Below are positions 1-12,759 of a DNA stretch of 64,000 nt, piece after piece (within the stretch, counting starts at the first letter, position 1; the number at the start of each line of letters is the position of its first letter). Under the pieces are notes generated by a model, which saw only the letters and a program-made list of their open reading frames with translations, was not told the origin of the DNA and made no database searches. This DNA comes from Felis catus (Eukaryota). The translations under genes were made by a program, and so were the position numbers. The DNA lies in the NCBI RefSeq assembly GCF_018350175.1, contig NC_058368.1, positions 90,212,001 to 90,276,000 on the forward strand. Direction: 5' to 3'.

Positions 1-360
1 CATCCCATATTCATGGATCCAAAGACTTAATATTGTTCATATGGCAATACTGCCCAAATGACCTACAGGTTCAACATAACCCTAAGAAAATACCAGGGGG
101 ATTTTTGCAGAGATTGACAAGCTGATTCCAAAATTCATGTGGACCCTGACTAGTCAACACAGTCTTGAAAAAGAACAAGATTAAAAGGATCACATTTCCT
201 GATTTCAAAACCTAACTACAATACAGTGTAGTACTGGCATAGAGCTACAGATTAGTGGAATAGAAGTGAGATCAATTGATTGTTTGCAAAGATGCCAAGA
301 CAATTCAGTGGGTAAAAAGAATAGTCTTTTCAGCAAAAGGTGCTGAGAAGACTGACTAGC
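1..360 (+). mobile_element. Old L1 ORF2 fragment
   Basis: catcccatattcatggat...ttaatattgtt...atggcaatact...gtctttcagcaaaaggtgctgaga resembles the L1 ORF2 3' region. Confidence 0.8.
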
Positions 361-542
361 CAATAGGACTGACAGGGAGAGAAAGGGAGCCAAAGAAATG
401 TCCATTATCTTATAAGTTAAGTGGTTAGCTACCACTGACACTGCTGAGGAGAATGTTATGCCCAGGGCTGGAAAATTTCCTTTGCATTTGATGTAAAGCA
501 AAGTGACCAGAAATTTGGAAGAAAGCAACTATATTATTGTGG

Positions 543-740
543 GTTTTTTTTTTAAGTTTATTTATTTTAAGAGAGGGAAAGAGTACACAAGTGAGGGAGG
601 AACAGAGAGAGGGGGGGAGAGAGAATCCCAAGCAGGTTTCGTCCTGCCAGTGCCGATATGGGGCTCGAACCCACGAACCATGGGATCATGAGCCAAAATC
701 AAGAGTCGGACGCTTAACCAGCTGAGCCACCCAGGCACCC
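543..740 (-). mobile_element. Can-SINE (SINEC)
   Basis: Poly-T, (GA)n, then tRNA-derived head ...gagccacccaggcaccc. TSD gcaactatat at 525-534 and 742-751. Confidence 0.92.
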
Positions 741-2127
741 TGCAACTATATCATTTTTAAGTTTGCAAATCCTAGGGCAAAGAAAGCTGGGTAATTACAT
801 CTTAATGGGATGGAAGTTTTCTTGAAGAAACCAGCATGCATGCACAAGATATATTAAACAGCAGGTTTACTGAAATGAAATGGAAGTATGTAACAGAGAA
901 ACCTGTCTTAAGAATCAGCATATTTGCTTTCTGACAGTCTCCGCACCCATTTTCAATGTCCTTTAGCCTTACTGGGATGGTCTTATTCTCAGGTTGTTCT
1001 CCTTAATAGAGGAAACAAAAGCAAAAAGGTTTTGAAAATGTTTTCATCCATTATTTTGTTGACCCTGAGCAGTAGACATACTTCTTTTGTTTCTGTCATT
1101 ATTTGCAATCTTTAACTCTGGACTTTTTAATTTTTGAAGATAATTTTCTGAGTCTGTACTGTCATCCTACATTTGCCTTTACAGCCCTTGTGTGAGCCTT
1201 TCTTAAACTTTATCTTGTGCATTCTTGCTGGTGTCTTCATTTTCTTTCTCATCAGGATGATTTGTAATTACCCAGCTATCTTTGCCCTGGGTTTTACAAA
1301 CTCTGTGATAATGGGTTGCTTTCTTCCTAATTACTAGTCCCTTCACGTAATGGGTGTGTGTTAGGTTCTGGGTAGCAGTTTCCCCTGGTTCTCCCTAGCC
1401 ATTATCGTGTTGGAGATGGAATGAATGCTAAGGCAGATCACGAACTTGTCAGATACTAATTTTAGCGGAACAAGATCTCTGCAGTTCTTTGGGTCGTTGG
1501 CACCCGTTTGGCCAGTTGATGTAGGTATATTGCCCCCATCAGAGTTTCTTTCCTGTCTCTTAGACACATTCTTGAGTTCTCTTCAGTTGGATTTCCCTAT
1601 AGGACATCTGTTATCTTGATATAAAATAATCTGCTTCTCCTTTTTTTCCCCCTCTGAATAATAAATAGTTCCTTAGTAAAATATACTTTTCTATTGTTAT
1701 GGGCCAGTCTCAGGACCCACTTCAACAAGGCTCATTGATTAGTTGTTATTTAAGGTGAACTTTAAAGATTTTTCTTATTACTTGTATTTATTTATGGACA
1801 TCTCAGATTATGAAAACTTTAAATCTCCTGTTCCCATTTGTTTTCTCATGTGAGTAGTCTCCCACAATAGGCTTCTGTTCTTTTTTTCTCTGATTGTCCT
1901 CCATAGGGACTGTATGATTTTTTTTCGTGTTTCCTACCTCCTTCCTCAGCAGTGCTGTTATAGTCCATCATTTCTTTTTTTTCTATAGGGATGAGTCATT
2001 TCTTTTAACTCACATACCATTTATTCCAAGGTTAACAGAATCACACAACTAACACCTGTCAAATGTAAGGAATGGTGGGGAACTGTATGGATGAAACTTC
2101 CATAAAACAAGGACACTAAGATGAAAT

Positions 2128-3595
2128 GTTTTTGCTATAGGAGTTCTTTATATATCTTGCATATTAGCCCCTTATCAGATATTTTCTCCCATTCGAAAGG
2201 TTGCTTTTTCATTTTGTTGATGATGTTCCTAGCTGTGCAGCAGCTTTTTAGTTGGATGTAGTCCCACTTGTGTATGTTTGCTTTTGTCGCCTTTACTTTT
2301 GTTGTCAGATCCAAAAACTCATTGCCAAACTGATGTCAAGGAAATTACTGCCTGTGTTTTGTTCTAGTTTTATGGTTTCAGGTCGTATGTTCCAGTCTTC
2401 AATCCATTTTGAGTTGCTTTTTGTATTTGGTATAAGATAGAGTCCAGTTTCATTCTTTCGCAAGTCACTATCCAGTTTTCCCAGCACTGTTTATCGAAGA
2501 CACTGGCCCTCCCCTGTTGAACATTATAGGCTCCTTTGTTGTAAATTAATTGACCACGTATGTGTGGATTTCCGGGCTCTCTACTCATTTCTGTTGATCT
2601 GTGTGTCTACTTTTATGCCAATACTATGCAGTTTTTATTAGTACAACTTTATAATATAGTTTGAAATTAGGAAGCATCATACTTACAGCTTTATTTGTCT
2701 TTCTCAAGATTGCTTTGGCTATTCATGGCCTTTTATGGTTCCATGCAAATTTTAGGGTTAATTCTATTTTTGTGAAAAATGCCCTTAGAATTTTGATGGA
2801 GATTGCACTGAATCTGTAGATTGCTTTGGTTACTATGGACATTTTAATGGTATTCTTCCACTCAGAATATCTTTCCATTTATTTGTTTCTTCTTTAGTTT
2901 CTTTTATCCATGTCTTATTAATTTCCAGTATATGGGTCTTTCACCTCCTTGGTTAAATTTATTCTTAGGTGTTTCATTCTTTTTGATGCAATTGTGAATG
3001 GTATTGTTTTCTTAATTTCTCTTTCTAATAATTCATTATTAGTGTATAGAAACACCACAGATTTATCTGCGTTGATTTTGTATACTGTGACTTTACTGAA
3101 TTTGTGCATTAGTTGTAATAATTTTTTGGTGGACTCTCCAGGGTTTTCTATATATAATGTCATGAGACCATATTACTTCTGGCTTTCAGATTTGGATGCC
3201 TCTTATTTTTTTCTTGTGTAGTTGCTCTGGCTAGGAGTCCTAGTACTATATTGTGAATAAAAGCAGTGAGAGTGGACATCCCCATCTTATTTCTGATCTT
3301 AAGGGAAAAGCTTTAGGCTTTTCGTTGTTGAATATGATAGTAGCTGTGGGCTTGTCATATATGGCCTCATTATGTTGAAGTACATTCCCTCTATACCAAT
3401 TTTGTTGAGACTTTTTACCATAGATGTTGAATTTTGTCAAATGCTTATTCTGCATCTATTGAGATGATTATATGATCCTCCATTTCATTAATGTGGGGCA
3501 TCACACTGAGTTGTGGAGGTGGAACCATTATTGTATCCCTGGAATAAATCCCACTTGATCATGACATGTGTTCCTTTTAATGTATTGTTGAATCC
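2128..3595 (-). mobile_element. L1 ORF2 fragment (RT and C-terminal region, internally deleted)
   Basis: Minus-strand ORF fragments are L1 ORF2-like: [66 protein letters not shown]. Confidence 0.93.
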
Positions 3596-3782
3596 ATCAT
3601 TCCTAAGTTTGAAATTATCTTCCAGATAGTCCAGTCTTTGTTAACATTGCCATTGTGTCTGATGGCACAATACTAGAAGTATTGTACCAGAAGAAAGAAG
3701 CAATAAATAAAGCAAAAAAGGGGTGCTCCCACATTCTTTACTTTTTCTGCCCAAGGATTAATAATGCCTTCCAGTGTTGCTA

Positions 3783-4055
3783 GCTTTCAGTTATAAGATG
3801 AATAAGTTCTGGGGATCTTATGCACAGCATGGTGACCATACCTAATAATACTATGGTGAATACTTGATATTTGCTGAAAAGTAGATCTTAAGTGTTTTCA
3901 CCAAACACAAAAAAATTAAAAGTAACTATATGAGGTGATGGATATATGAATTAGCTTGATTGTGGTAATTATTTCTCAGTGTATAGGTATATCAGATCAT
4001 CATGTTGTACACTTTAAATATATGTAGATTTTACTTACTATATCTCAGTAAAGCT
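3783..4055 (+). mobile_element. L1MA-type 3' end
   Basis: tttcagttataagatgaataagttctggggatct...gaggtgatggatat...agcttgattgtggtaat is typical of an L1MA8-10 3' UTR. Confidence 0.85.
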
Positions 4056-4289
4056 GAGGGGGAAATAATGCCTTCGGATACTCCCCAGCCCTTGATGGTG
4101 TTCTTCCATCTCTCTGTGCCTCAGCAGTGTTGAGGTATAGTCAGTGGCTTTGCTCAGCCTTGGTGGGCTTTTTGGTGGCAGCCAAGAAAACTTAACACTC
4201 CATTTCATTTTGTCTCTTAATTGCCATTTCCTTGTTTGTCAACGGGGATTTCAGCCTGTGTGTTTAGGTAAATGATGATGCTGTTAGGA

Positions 4290-4620
4290 ATTCCTGGGAA
4301 GATCACATTTGAGGGGGGAAGATAATGAGTTTGAGATACTCAGTATTCATGGAGAAATGTCTAGCAAGCCATTCAAAATGACAGAATAAAGCATAAGAGA
4401 GAGGTTAGATTTGGACGGTATCCGTGTACACGTGATGGTTGAAGCCATGGGAGTGGATGATATTGCCCGCTGAGAAAAGAGGGCCTAGGGCTGATTCTTG
4501 GTGAAACACCTTCAGCTAAGAGACTAGCAGTGGAAAAATGAGAAAGAGTAGGCAGTGAGGTAAGAGGAAAGTGTGATGGATAGGAGTAAAAAAAGAGAGC
4601 CTCGAAAAGACTTGTGCTCA
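4290..4620 (-). mobile_element. L2 fragment
   Basis: gatggttgaagccatgggagtggatgat...gaaaagagggcctagggctga resembles antisense L2. Confidence 0.65.
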
Positions 4621-5540
4621 ATACTATAATGCTTCTGTGAAATGGGGAGTGACGTAGATTAAATAGTTTACATGTCTTTTATACTGTAGTACCACATCTG
4701 TGTGAAGATCTAGCCACAATTTTTAGTTATTTCGATTTGTAGCATCTCTCTTCCATGAAGTATTTGTTGTATCAGTTGTAATAGAAATTATTTTTGAATA
4801 TAACTTTGCAGGTAAAGTGATTTGTATTAGCCATCATTTAAAATTACTCCTAAGATGCTTTTTATTATGTCATGGAGAACATCCAGCAGATATATTTAAG
4901 TTGTGAGGATGTGAAAAATAATCAAAATCCATTTGAGATATACAGTAACTAAGTATAGAAGACAAACGATAATGGATAGCTATTGACAATTAAACTTGCT
5001 GACAGTTCAACTATGTATGACCCTTCTTGCAATGTTGATTGATATATCCAGCACTCTAGGTGTACAGAAGATAGCTCGTTGTTGCCTTCTTCTTATGACT
5101 TGTTGTAAAAATTTGTTTCTTTAGAGTAAATATAACCAAAGTAAAACTTGCCAATTAGAAGAAAAATAAGAAACACATTTATTTTATTTTTTAAGGATAC
5201 TAGATTTGAAAGTAAAACGTAGACACAATAACAGTTGAGAACCTATACAATTAAAAATTTTTTTAGCTCCTCAACATAAGAAGCAGAAGACAATGGAATA
5301 ATATCTTCAAAGTGCTGAGAGAAAAGTAACTATCTAGAAATTTTTACTAATTAAACTGTCATTCAAAAATGGGATCATATGAAAGATGTTTTCAGATCTT
5401 AAAAGACAGGTTTACTTGAAAACCTGACTTTATCTTTAACAGATCCTCAATAAAAGAATATCAAAAGGATGTGTTCTTACTATTCTAATAAGGAAGAAGG
5501 AAATGAAACACACAAGGAATAAATGAGATGTGAGGAGGAC

Positions 5541-6057
5541 TGTGATGGTTAATTTTAAGTGTTATTTTACTGGGCCACGGGGATGCCCAGATAATTTGGT
5601 CAAACATTCTGGGTGTTTCTATGAGGGTGTTTTTAGATGAGATTAATTAACATTTAAGTTGGTAGACTGAATAAAGCAGATCAAAGCAGATTTGACGCCC
5701 TCCAGTGTGGGTGGGCCTCATCCAATCAGTTGAAGGCCTGAATGAAACAAAAGGGTTTATTTTCCTTCCAGTAAGAGAGGATTCCTCTTGCCTGACTACT
5801 TTCAAATTGGGGACTTGGCTTTTTCCTGCCTTTGGACTCAAACCGAAACATTACCTCTCCCTGGGTCTCAAGCTGCTTGACTTTGAACTGGAACCACATC
5901 ATCACATCCACTCTCTAGCTTGCTGACTTACCCCGCAGATCTTAGAGGACTTGTCAGCCTCCATAATCACATGAGCTAATTCCTTATAATAAATCTCTTT
6001 ACAAACACATACACATATCTTACTGGTCTGTTTCTCTGGAGATCCCAAACTAACATA
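5541..6057 (+). mobile_element. MLT2-family solo LTR (ERVL)
   Basis: Starts tgtgatggttaatttta...tgggccacggggatgcccagata...ggtcaaacatt; ends aataaatctc...tctgtttctctggaga..cc.aactaa. Confidence 0.88.
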
Positions 6058-6203
6058 AAGGCTGACAAGTATCTGTAAGTAACATTTAATAAGCATTGAC
6101 CGTATGAAACATTAAATATTAGGGATGGGATAATTAAAGCAAGGTAGAATTGGATGCTGGGTAATTACTCATAAGATGAAATGGGGTGGTTGGAGCTGCA
6201 TTC

Positions 6204-6640
6204 TGTAGTAGGTTGAATGGTGGCCTCCCAGAAGAGTTGTCCATGCCCCCGAACCTGTGAGTGTAGAAACCTTATTTAGAAAAATTACATTTGCAGATGT
6301 AATTAAATTAAGATCTTGAGATGAGAGCATCCTGCATCACCTAAGTGGGCCTTAAGTCCAACAATAAGTATCTTTAGGGACAGAAATGAAGACACCATCA
6401 CAGTAGAAAAGGCCATGTGAAGACAGGCAGAGATTGGAATAATGCGGCTGCAAGCCAGAGTCACCCAGGGCCACCAGAAGCTGGGAGAGGCAAGGAAGGT
6501 TCTCTGCTAAAACCCTCGGAGAGAACATGATCCTGCCAGAACCCTGATTTCAGACTTCCGTCCTTCACAACTGTGCGAGAATAAATTTCTGCTGTGTAAG
6601 CTACCAATTTTGTAGGACTTGGTTGTGGTAGCCCTATGAA
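6204..6640 (+). mobile_element. MLT1-family solo LTR (ERVL-MaLR)
   Basis: tgtagtaggttgaatggtggcc...ttgcagatgtaattaa...gccaccagaagctgggagaggcaagga...aactgtgcgagaataaatttctg. Confidence 0.88.
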
Positions 6641-6744
6641 ATTGTTATTCAGGAAGAAAATAGAGATATTGGTTAAATATAAACTCTTTATCAGGTGTAC
6701 AAGTTAACATTTTAAGAGTGACCTCTAAAAAGTAGAACTTGAGG

Positions 6745-6960
6745 GGGGTGCCTGGGTGGCTCAGTTGGTTAATTGTCCGACTCTTGATTTTGGTTCAGGT
6801 CACGATCTCAGGATTCCTGGGTTCAAGCCCCATGTCGGGCTCTGTGCAGACAGTGCAGAGCCTGCTTGGGATTCTATCTCTCTCTCTTCCACCCTCCCTC
6901 TCCCTCCCCGTTTCTCTCTTTCTCTGTTAAAAATAAACAAAAATTTTTTTAAAAAATAAA
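6745..6960 (+). mobile_element. Can-SINE
   Basis: gggtgcctgggtggctcag head, (CT)n, A-tail. Imperfect TSD aaaagtagaacttga / aaaagcaaaacttga. Confidence 0.92.
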
Positions 6961-7129
6961 AAGCAAAACTTGAATATATAAATGGAGGAAAAGAGGAGGA
7001 GCAGAGAAAACATGATCAGTGCATTCAGAAGTAGAGGGGAAAGTATAAAAAAAACTTAGGGATAACAGGATAAATGAGAACAAAGTAAAGTAATAGAAAC
7101 GGATCCAAGTATATCATATAAGTAATATG

Positions 7130-7565
7130 AATTCACAAACTTGGCAGTTGAGACTCCTTTTGCAGCCTAGTGAAAAAGAAAACCTTAGGCTGCTTCTCAG
7201 AATAGTGGTAAGTGCAAAAGTAAGTAGGATTAAAGGAAACCAAGTCTCCTGAAACAGTACCGGTATTCAAAATATTTGTGTGTCCTTATGATCATATTAA
7301 GTAACGGATCTAGTGTTGGGTCTGATCATTTTGATTACTATGTTGGGTCTACTAAGTTTAATCTCTACTATGTTTTTGCCATATCTGCAGTAACTAATGT
7401 AATTGCTGTTAGTTACAGTTAACAGATGTTTTCTTGTCTACATTCATAGATGAAGAAAACGCTAGATTTCATTCCAAGTGTAGCAAAAATAAAGATGATT
7501 TTCCTTCATTCGCATTCCATCAGCCTTTTGCGTTCTGCCCACGTGGATCCTTGTCAAGAATCCTT
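7130..7565. mobile_element. MER119-like hAT-Charlie DNA transposon
   Basis: Segments cttctcagaata...taggattaaaggaaaccaa...gatctagtgttgggtct...ctacattcatagatgaagaaaacgctagatttca...aaaataaagatga match the recalled MER119 consensus. Confidence 0.65.
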
Positions 7566-8451
7566 GCTCGACATGTTAGTCTTCCAACAAAGTTCTCCTT
7601 TCCCAGATGGCTACCACATCCCTTGAGTGAGGGAAAGTGACAAAGGACTGACCTCCTGGCTGCCTCCCTGTGGCAAAGGACTTTCCCAGGGAAGCCTTCT
7701 CCTTAGGTTCAGACTTCTTGGTGGGCTTGAGTAGCCAGGAGTGGATCCTGGTGAACTAAGAGAGCCCCTCAGCAGGGATAAAGCCCCGATCTCAACCACT
7801 GCTGCTTGACATACGCAAGAAGTGTGAATGCTTCAAGCAACAAATGCCTGCTTACACTGCATACAAATAGTGTTCTGTGTCAGAACTGGAAGCTCAAAGC
7901 TAGGGCCACTTTGAGGGATTCAACACATAACAGTGTTAGGAGGCATCTTGTTCCTTTTGATCCCTCCCCTTTGCCATCTTAGCTTTAACTTGGTCCTAAG
8001 ATTGTTCCCTCTTTGTCATAAAATGACTGCCAGCAACAGCTAGCGCCACGTTTCCTTATTCACATCCCATGGGAAACAGAGAAAAGGCCTCTCCTCAAAT
8101 GTAGTTAAGTTCTTCACTTCTCTGTGGCTCATCTTAGACTGCTTGTCAACTTCCCTCCCCCTGGAGCTGGAGCCCAGGTAGATGTTACTGAAAGCATATG
8201 GCTCGGTTAGAGGTGATCTGTAGATGCTCCAATTAAAAAAGGTTTCTGTTTTTGTTTGGGGGGGGGGGCAACTAACAGAATGTACTTTGGACCCCAGGAC
8301 GATCCCATGGTCCTGCCTGGAAGTGAGGCAGAGTAACCTGGAAACAAACAAATCAGACAGTGACAGACTGTCCACCTGCCTACAGAGACTCCCTCCCGCG
8401 TCTCCCTCCATGGGAGCCAGTGGAGACCTTCAAGAATGCCTATTAGCTCAT

Positions 8452-8673
8452 TTTTTTAAGTTTTTTTTATTTTGAGAAAAAGAGAGAGAGAGAGAGAGAA
8501 CGAACACAGAAGCAGGGGAGGGGCAGAGAAAAAAGGAGAGCGAGAATCCCAAGCAGGCTCCATGCTGTCAGTGCAAAGCCCAACACAGGGCTCAAACTCA
8601 GGAACCTCGAGATCATGACCTGAGCCGATGTCAAGAATCAGACAGTTAACCCACTGAGCCACACACGTGCCCC
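8452..8673 (-). mobile_element. Can-SINE
   Basis: Poly-T, (GA)n, gaatcccaagcaggctcc...gatcatgacctgagcc. Confidence 0.92.
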
Positions 8674-9099
8674 ACACACGTCTGTAATGCTCATTAAATT
8701 CGAGACCAGTTTCTGCTTGGAATGGGAGGGGAATAGATCCCTTCCCTGTGTATAATTTTCCATATTTCTCTCCTGATTCTTAGCATGCTGTTGGCCTGAT
8801 TTAGTTTATATGCTGGAAACTGTGAATTTATATAAGTAAAAAGTGAAAAATAGTTTCTCAGGAAAGGGCTGGTTAGCAGAAGATGTTAGTAAACATCCTT
8901 GTTCCAGTAAGAAAAAAGTGTACCATCAGTGTAGAAAGAACCTCTAGCCCTTGCGGGGGAGAGGGGTGTCCTAGACCTACATCCAAGTGGTCTGAGTGCT
9001 CAGGAGTGTCCACACTGCAGGTGCAGGTGTAGGGAGAGGAGTGAGGAAAGAAGACCAGGAAGGAAGGCTGTGAAAGAGGAGGAGGAGGGCCCTGAGAGC

Positions 9100-9360
9100 C
9101 AGGGCAGGAGAGCGCTCAGCTGAGCTAGATGTTACTGAGAGTCCGTTTGGAGGAGGGCACAGTGTCCCAAGATAGCAGTGCTGAGGTTGTTGGTACCTTT
9201 CAGGGCACTTTCATGGAGTGGCTGGATGAAATGTGATGAGGAATGAGTAGACACTGAGGAGGTGGGAACAGCAGGACAGGCAGCTCTTGACAGCAGTGGC
9301 AGCAAATGGGGGTCTTTCAAGAGGTCTGTTTTCGTCTTTATTTTTAAAATGGAAGGGACC
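9100..9360 (-). mobile_element. L2 fragment
   Basis: gaggttgttggtacctttcagggcactttcatggagtgg...gaggaggtgggaacagca resembles antisense L2. Confidence 0.5.
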
Positions 9361-10134
9361 AACCAGCAGGTGTAATTGAGAAGAAAAAGAAAACAGGGAA
9401 TAATCATTAATGTAAGGCTCCTGAGAAATCAAGAAAGTCTAGGGTCCAGATAATTTTTCCCAGCCATTGTGATAACACATCCTACCAGAAAAGAAAAACA
9501 CTAACAGAACCGCAAGGGGGTGGGGGGAGGGGATAAGAAAATTAGAGTGGATGCAAGGTTTAGAGAAAACACTGAAACGTACAAGTGAGTTAACAGGAAA
9601 CTAAGACAAAAGGAAAAGCAAAACATTTCAACAAGACCAAACAACCACTGAAGATCAGTAATGAAAAGATGCTGGATTTAAGTGGAAGTATAGAAATCGT
9701 AAGAAAATAAGTTATATCCATGGAAGTGGATGAAGGAATGGAAGCGAGACACTTAAATCCAGTAGCTGAACATTAAAAGTTGAGAAACCGGAAGCACAAA
9801 TAAAGAATTACATGTTATTCTTTGAATCATAAAATTAGAATTTAACAGGGGGAAATAAGGAAAGACAGGGTAAGAAGTGGGAAATCTGAAGATTAAAGAG
9901 ATTATAATCTAATGTGGAAATAGGAAACAACCAGAACATACCTGGCCATGGAAACATCTGTATCTAGGGTAACTAATTAGGCTGATTTTTATTTTTACTT
10001 CTTTTGCAGGAAGCAGCTGATTGAACATTAACACCAGTCAGAACACATGAAACTGCGGTCCCTGGCACAAACTTGTTCTTTGTATCAGTTCTTGCTCAAT
10101 CTCCTTTTGTCGTTCCTCCATTTCTGCCTTCACC

Positions 10135-10450
10135 TAGGAGGGTAAATGTCTGCTCTGTGCCAGACATACTAGAGGAGATGCTAAATCTCATCCTGTAGGA
10201 GATACTCAGGATAAACAGCCAGCCACTGGTACAGTAGGATATATGTCCTCTCGGGATGCCATGGAAACACAAATAAAGCACCCAACTCAGCCTTAGGAGG
10301 CCGGGAGGCAGTTCCGGAGGAGGAACTTCAGCAGAATCCTGAGGTTAGGAGGTCGTCAGCAAGGAAGTGGTGGGATTGGCATTTCAGACAGAGGAAACCA
10401 GACACGCAGGCTCTGAGAGCATGAAGCGCACCGGGGTAACTGTGCTGTGC
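10135..10450 (-). mobile_element. L2 3' fragment
   Basis: tgtctgctctgtgccagacat...gcacccaactcagcc...ttccggaggagg...gcatttcagacagaggaa. Confidence 0.6.
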
Positions 10451-10646
10451 ACCCTCCGTCACGTGCCCCAGCCCCGCCTGACTCTTAACCACAGCAGCAG
10501 GTTGGTGGTCATCAGGCTTGGGAGGAAGCATTACCCCCACACCATAACGTGATGACCACTCTGCCCTAGATGGGGTGTTTGCATTTTCAGTAGACAAGGT
10601 CTTACTGAATCAAATGAACCAGGCTTCCTGGGGAAGAGAGATTTTA

Positions 10647-10663
10647 TTTGTTTGTTTGTTTGT

Positions 10664-10726
<63 letters not shown>
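10647..10726. repeat. Compound tetranucleotide microsatellite (TTTG)4(TTTA)8(CTTA)8
   Basis: Units counted directly; the array is uninterrupted. Confidence 0.95.
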
Positions 10727-12162
10727 TTCACAGAACCCTTTAAATATTTACGTACTCTGTGCCAGAATATTCTTCCTCTTTTCCTGTTTCAGACAGGGTC
10801 CTCTTTTCAGAATATCTGAGGTTTGCATAGTATGGTCACTTCGGTTATGTATCATCTTGCTTGATTTTTGGGAGAGTTCAGAAGAAGGGCTTATGTCTTT
10901 TCTGTTCTTATGCCGGTCACTCCTGCACCCCTTGTTTCTGCTTAGCAGTTTTCCAGGTTTCCATTCAGGCTCCAACTCCCTCGAAACCTTTACCGTCATG
11001 TTGCTCTTTTCCTTTCCTGGATTTCTAAGCACCTTCATGCTGCTACTTTATACTACCAACCAGTATTGTTGATATTTCTGTGCCAGGCATGCCTCCCCGG
11101 TACCTTTAGAGGTTCCTGTAAATTCAAGACTAAAGTGTTTGGTTCTGTCACATTTCTCTTTGGTACTTAATTATGTTGCTGAGCATTTAAGTTATTGTTC
11201 GTTGAGGTGAGGATTCCATGATTGTTCCTGTCAATAATTATTTGGTTTTTGTGAAGGAATAAAGAAAAGTCTCATTATTGTTTCTGGATGCAACAGGAAA
11301 GATCATACAAAAAAAACCCTGAAGTTCCATTTCTCTGTAATATAACATTTTTTCAGGTTTATTGAAGTATGACTGACAAAATTGTAAGATACTGTAATAC
11401 TGTATTTTATATTCTCTGTAATTTCACATTTTCATGATACCTTCCTAAAAGTTTTTCCTGACACGATAAATAATAAATGCAAAGAAGTCAGAGGTGAAGT
11501 CTTCTTGTAAATTTGGCAGTTTTAAAAAAAAAGAAAGAAAATGATTTTGAATTTGTGCAAATTGCTGTTGATAAATTTTAATGGTGCCTAGTTGCATAGA
11601 TATTTTATGCCATACTATGTCTTCACTTAATAAATTGCTTCAAGTATAAACAACAACTGGTATTAAATTGTGAAGTAGGGCCACTTAACCAGTTAGTCCT
11701 CAGTCCTGGGAAGATGTTCTAGAGCTGTTAACATTTTCACTGTTGAAGTTATTTTGTAATTACAAGAAGGAATAAATAGATAAAATAAGCATGCTACAGT
11801 ATTAAGTGATTATGAAAACCTCTTAACCTTCTTCTTCTGAATAATGAAAACTCCTTCCTTGAACAGGAACTTGAATATTTAATTCTTGCTTATTGTTGCA
11901 TATTCTTGCTGATGTAAATGTTTTCAGAGCCTTTTATGGATGATGGTTTGGGTGAATTTAGAGAACAAGGACATTCTTTTGCTCATACAGTCTGTGTTGG
12001 ACTTTGGATTGTGAAGTTGTTGGTAGAATCTCTTCTTAGTGGGGATTCCTTAAGAGAATTTTAAAGTTCTCCTTCAGTATGTTTGCTAGATTTTGCTTTG
12101 TGGCTGCACCCTTTCCTCTGTCTTTTCAGCCTTGGAAATGGTGACTGTTATTGAAATGCTGA

Positions 12163-12215
12163 TTTTTTTTTTTTTTTGAGAGAGCAGGAGAGGGGCAGAG
12201 GGAGAGGGAGAGGGA

Positions 12216-12266
<51 letters not shown>

Positions 12267-12390
12267 TGAATCCCAATCAGGCTCCATGCTCAGCAAAGAT
12301 CCCAAGGTGGGGCTTTATACCACAACCCTGGGATCATAACCTGAGCCAAGAGTCAGATGCCCAACCACCAATTGAGCCACCTAGGTGCCC
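12163..12390 (-). mobile_element. Can-SINE with long (GA)n
   Basis: Poly-T, (GA)n, ...gagccacctaggtgcccc. Confidence 0.9.
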
Positions 12391-12759
12391 CGAATTGCTA
12401 ATCTTCTAAGCAGACAGTGATGCTGTCAGCACAAAGGGGAGAGAGAATGAATGAGACTTGGGAACAGGAGCTGTTATGAGCCAGGGATGTGGGGCAGACA
12501 TGTGCTGCTAAGCTGTTTGGATTTCACACACATTGGCACAGAAAATCCCCATGGCACCAAACTGGTGGAACACTAGGACCAGATAGGATGACGCCCATAA
12601 AACTAAAGGAATTTTTTCAGTACTTAAGAATAGAGGAATTAGTATAGCCTTTTTCACATACATAACTCTTGTGAGACTAAAATTTTATTTTATTTTATTT
12701 TTTTGTGAGATTAAAATTTTTTAACTCATTCTTTGTAAATAAGTAAAAGTTGAAGATGA

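Larger units (their letters stand above)
5260..7130 (+). mobile_element. Old L1 (ORF1 end/inter-ORF) split by two LTRs and a SINE
   Basis: gaagcagaagacaatggaataatatcttcaaagtgctgagagaaaa is an L1 ORF1 C-terminal motif. A-rich L1-like pieces continue at about 6060-6200 and 6640-7130. Confidence 0.6.

Noticed and set aside
4170..4185. tggtggcagc as a tRNA-Leu primer-binding site
   Set aside because: Only about 10 nt match and no adjacent LTR recognised.
10575..11072. 165-aa hydrophobic ORF
   Set aside because: Built from a T-rich microsatellite and low-complexity intron sequence; no recognisable domain.
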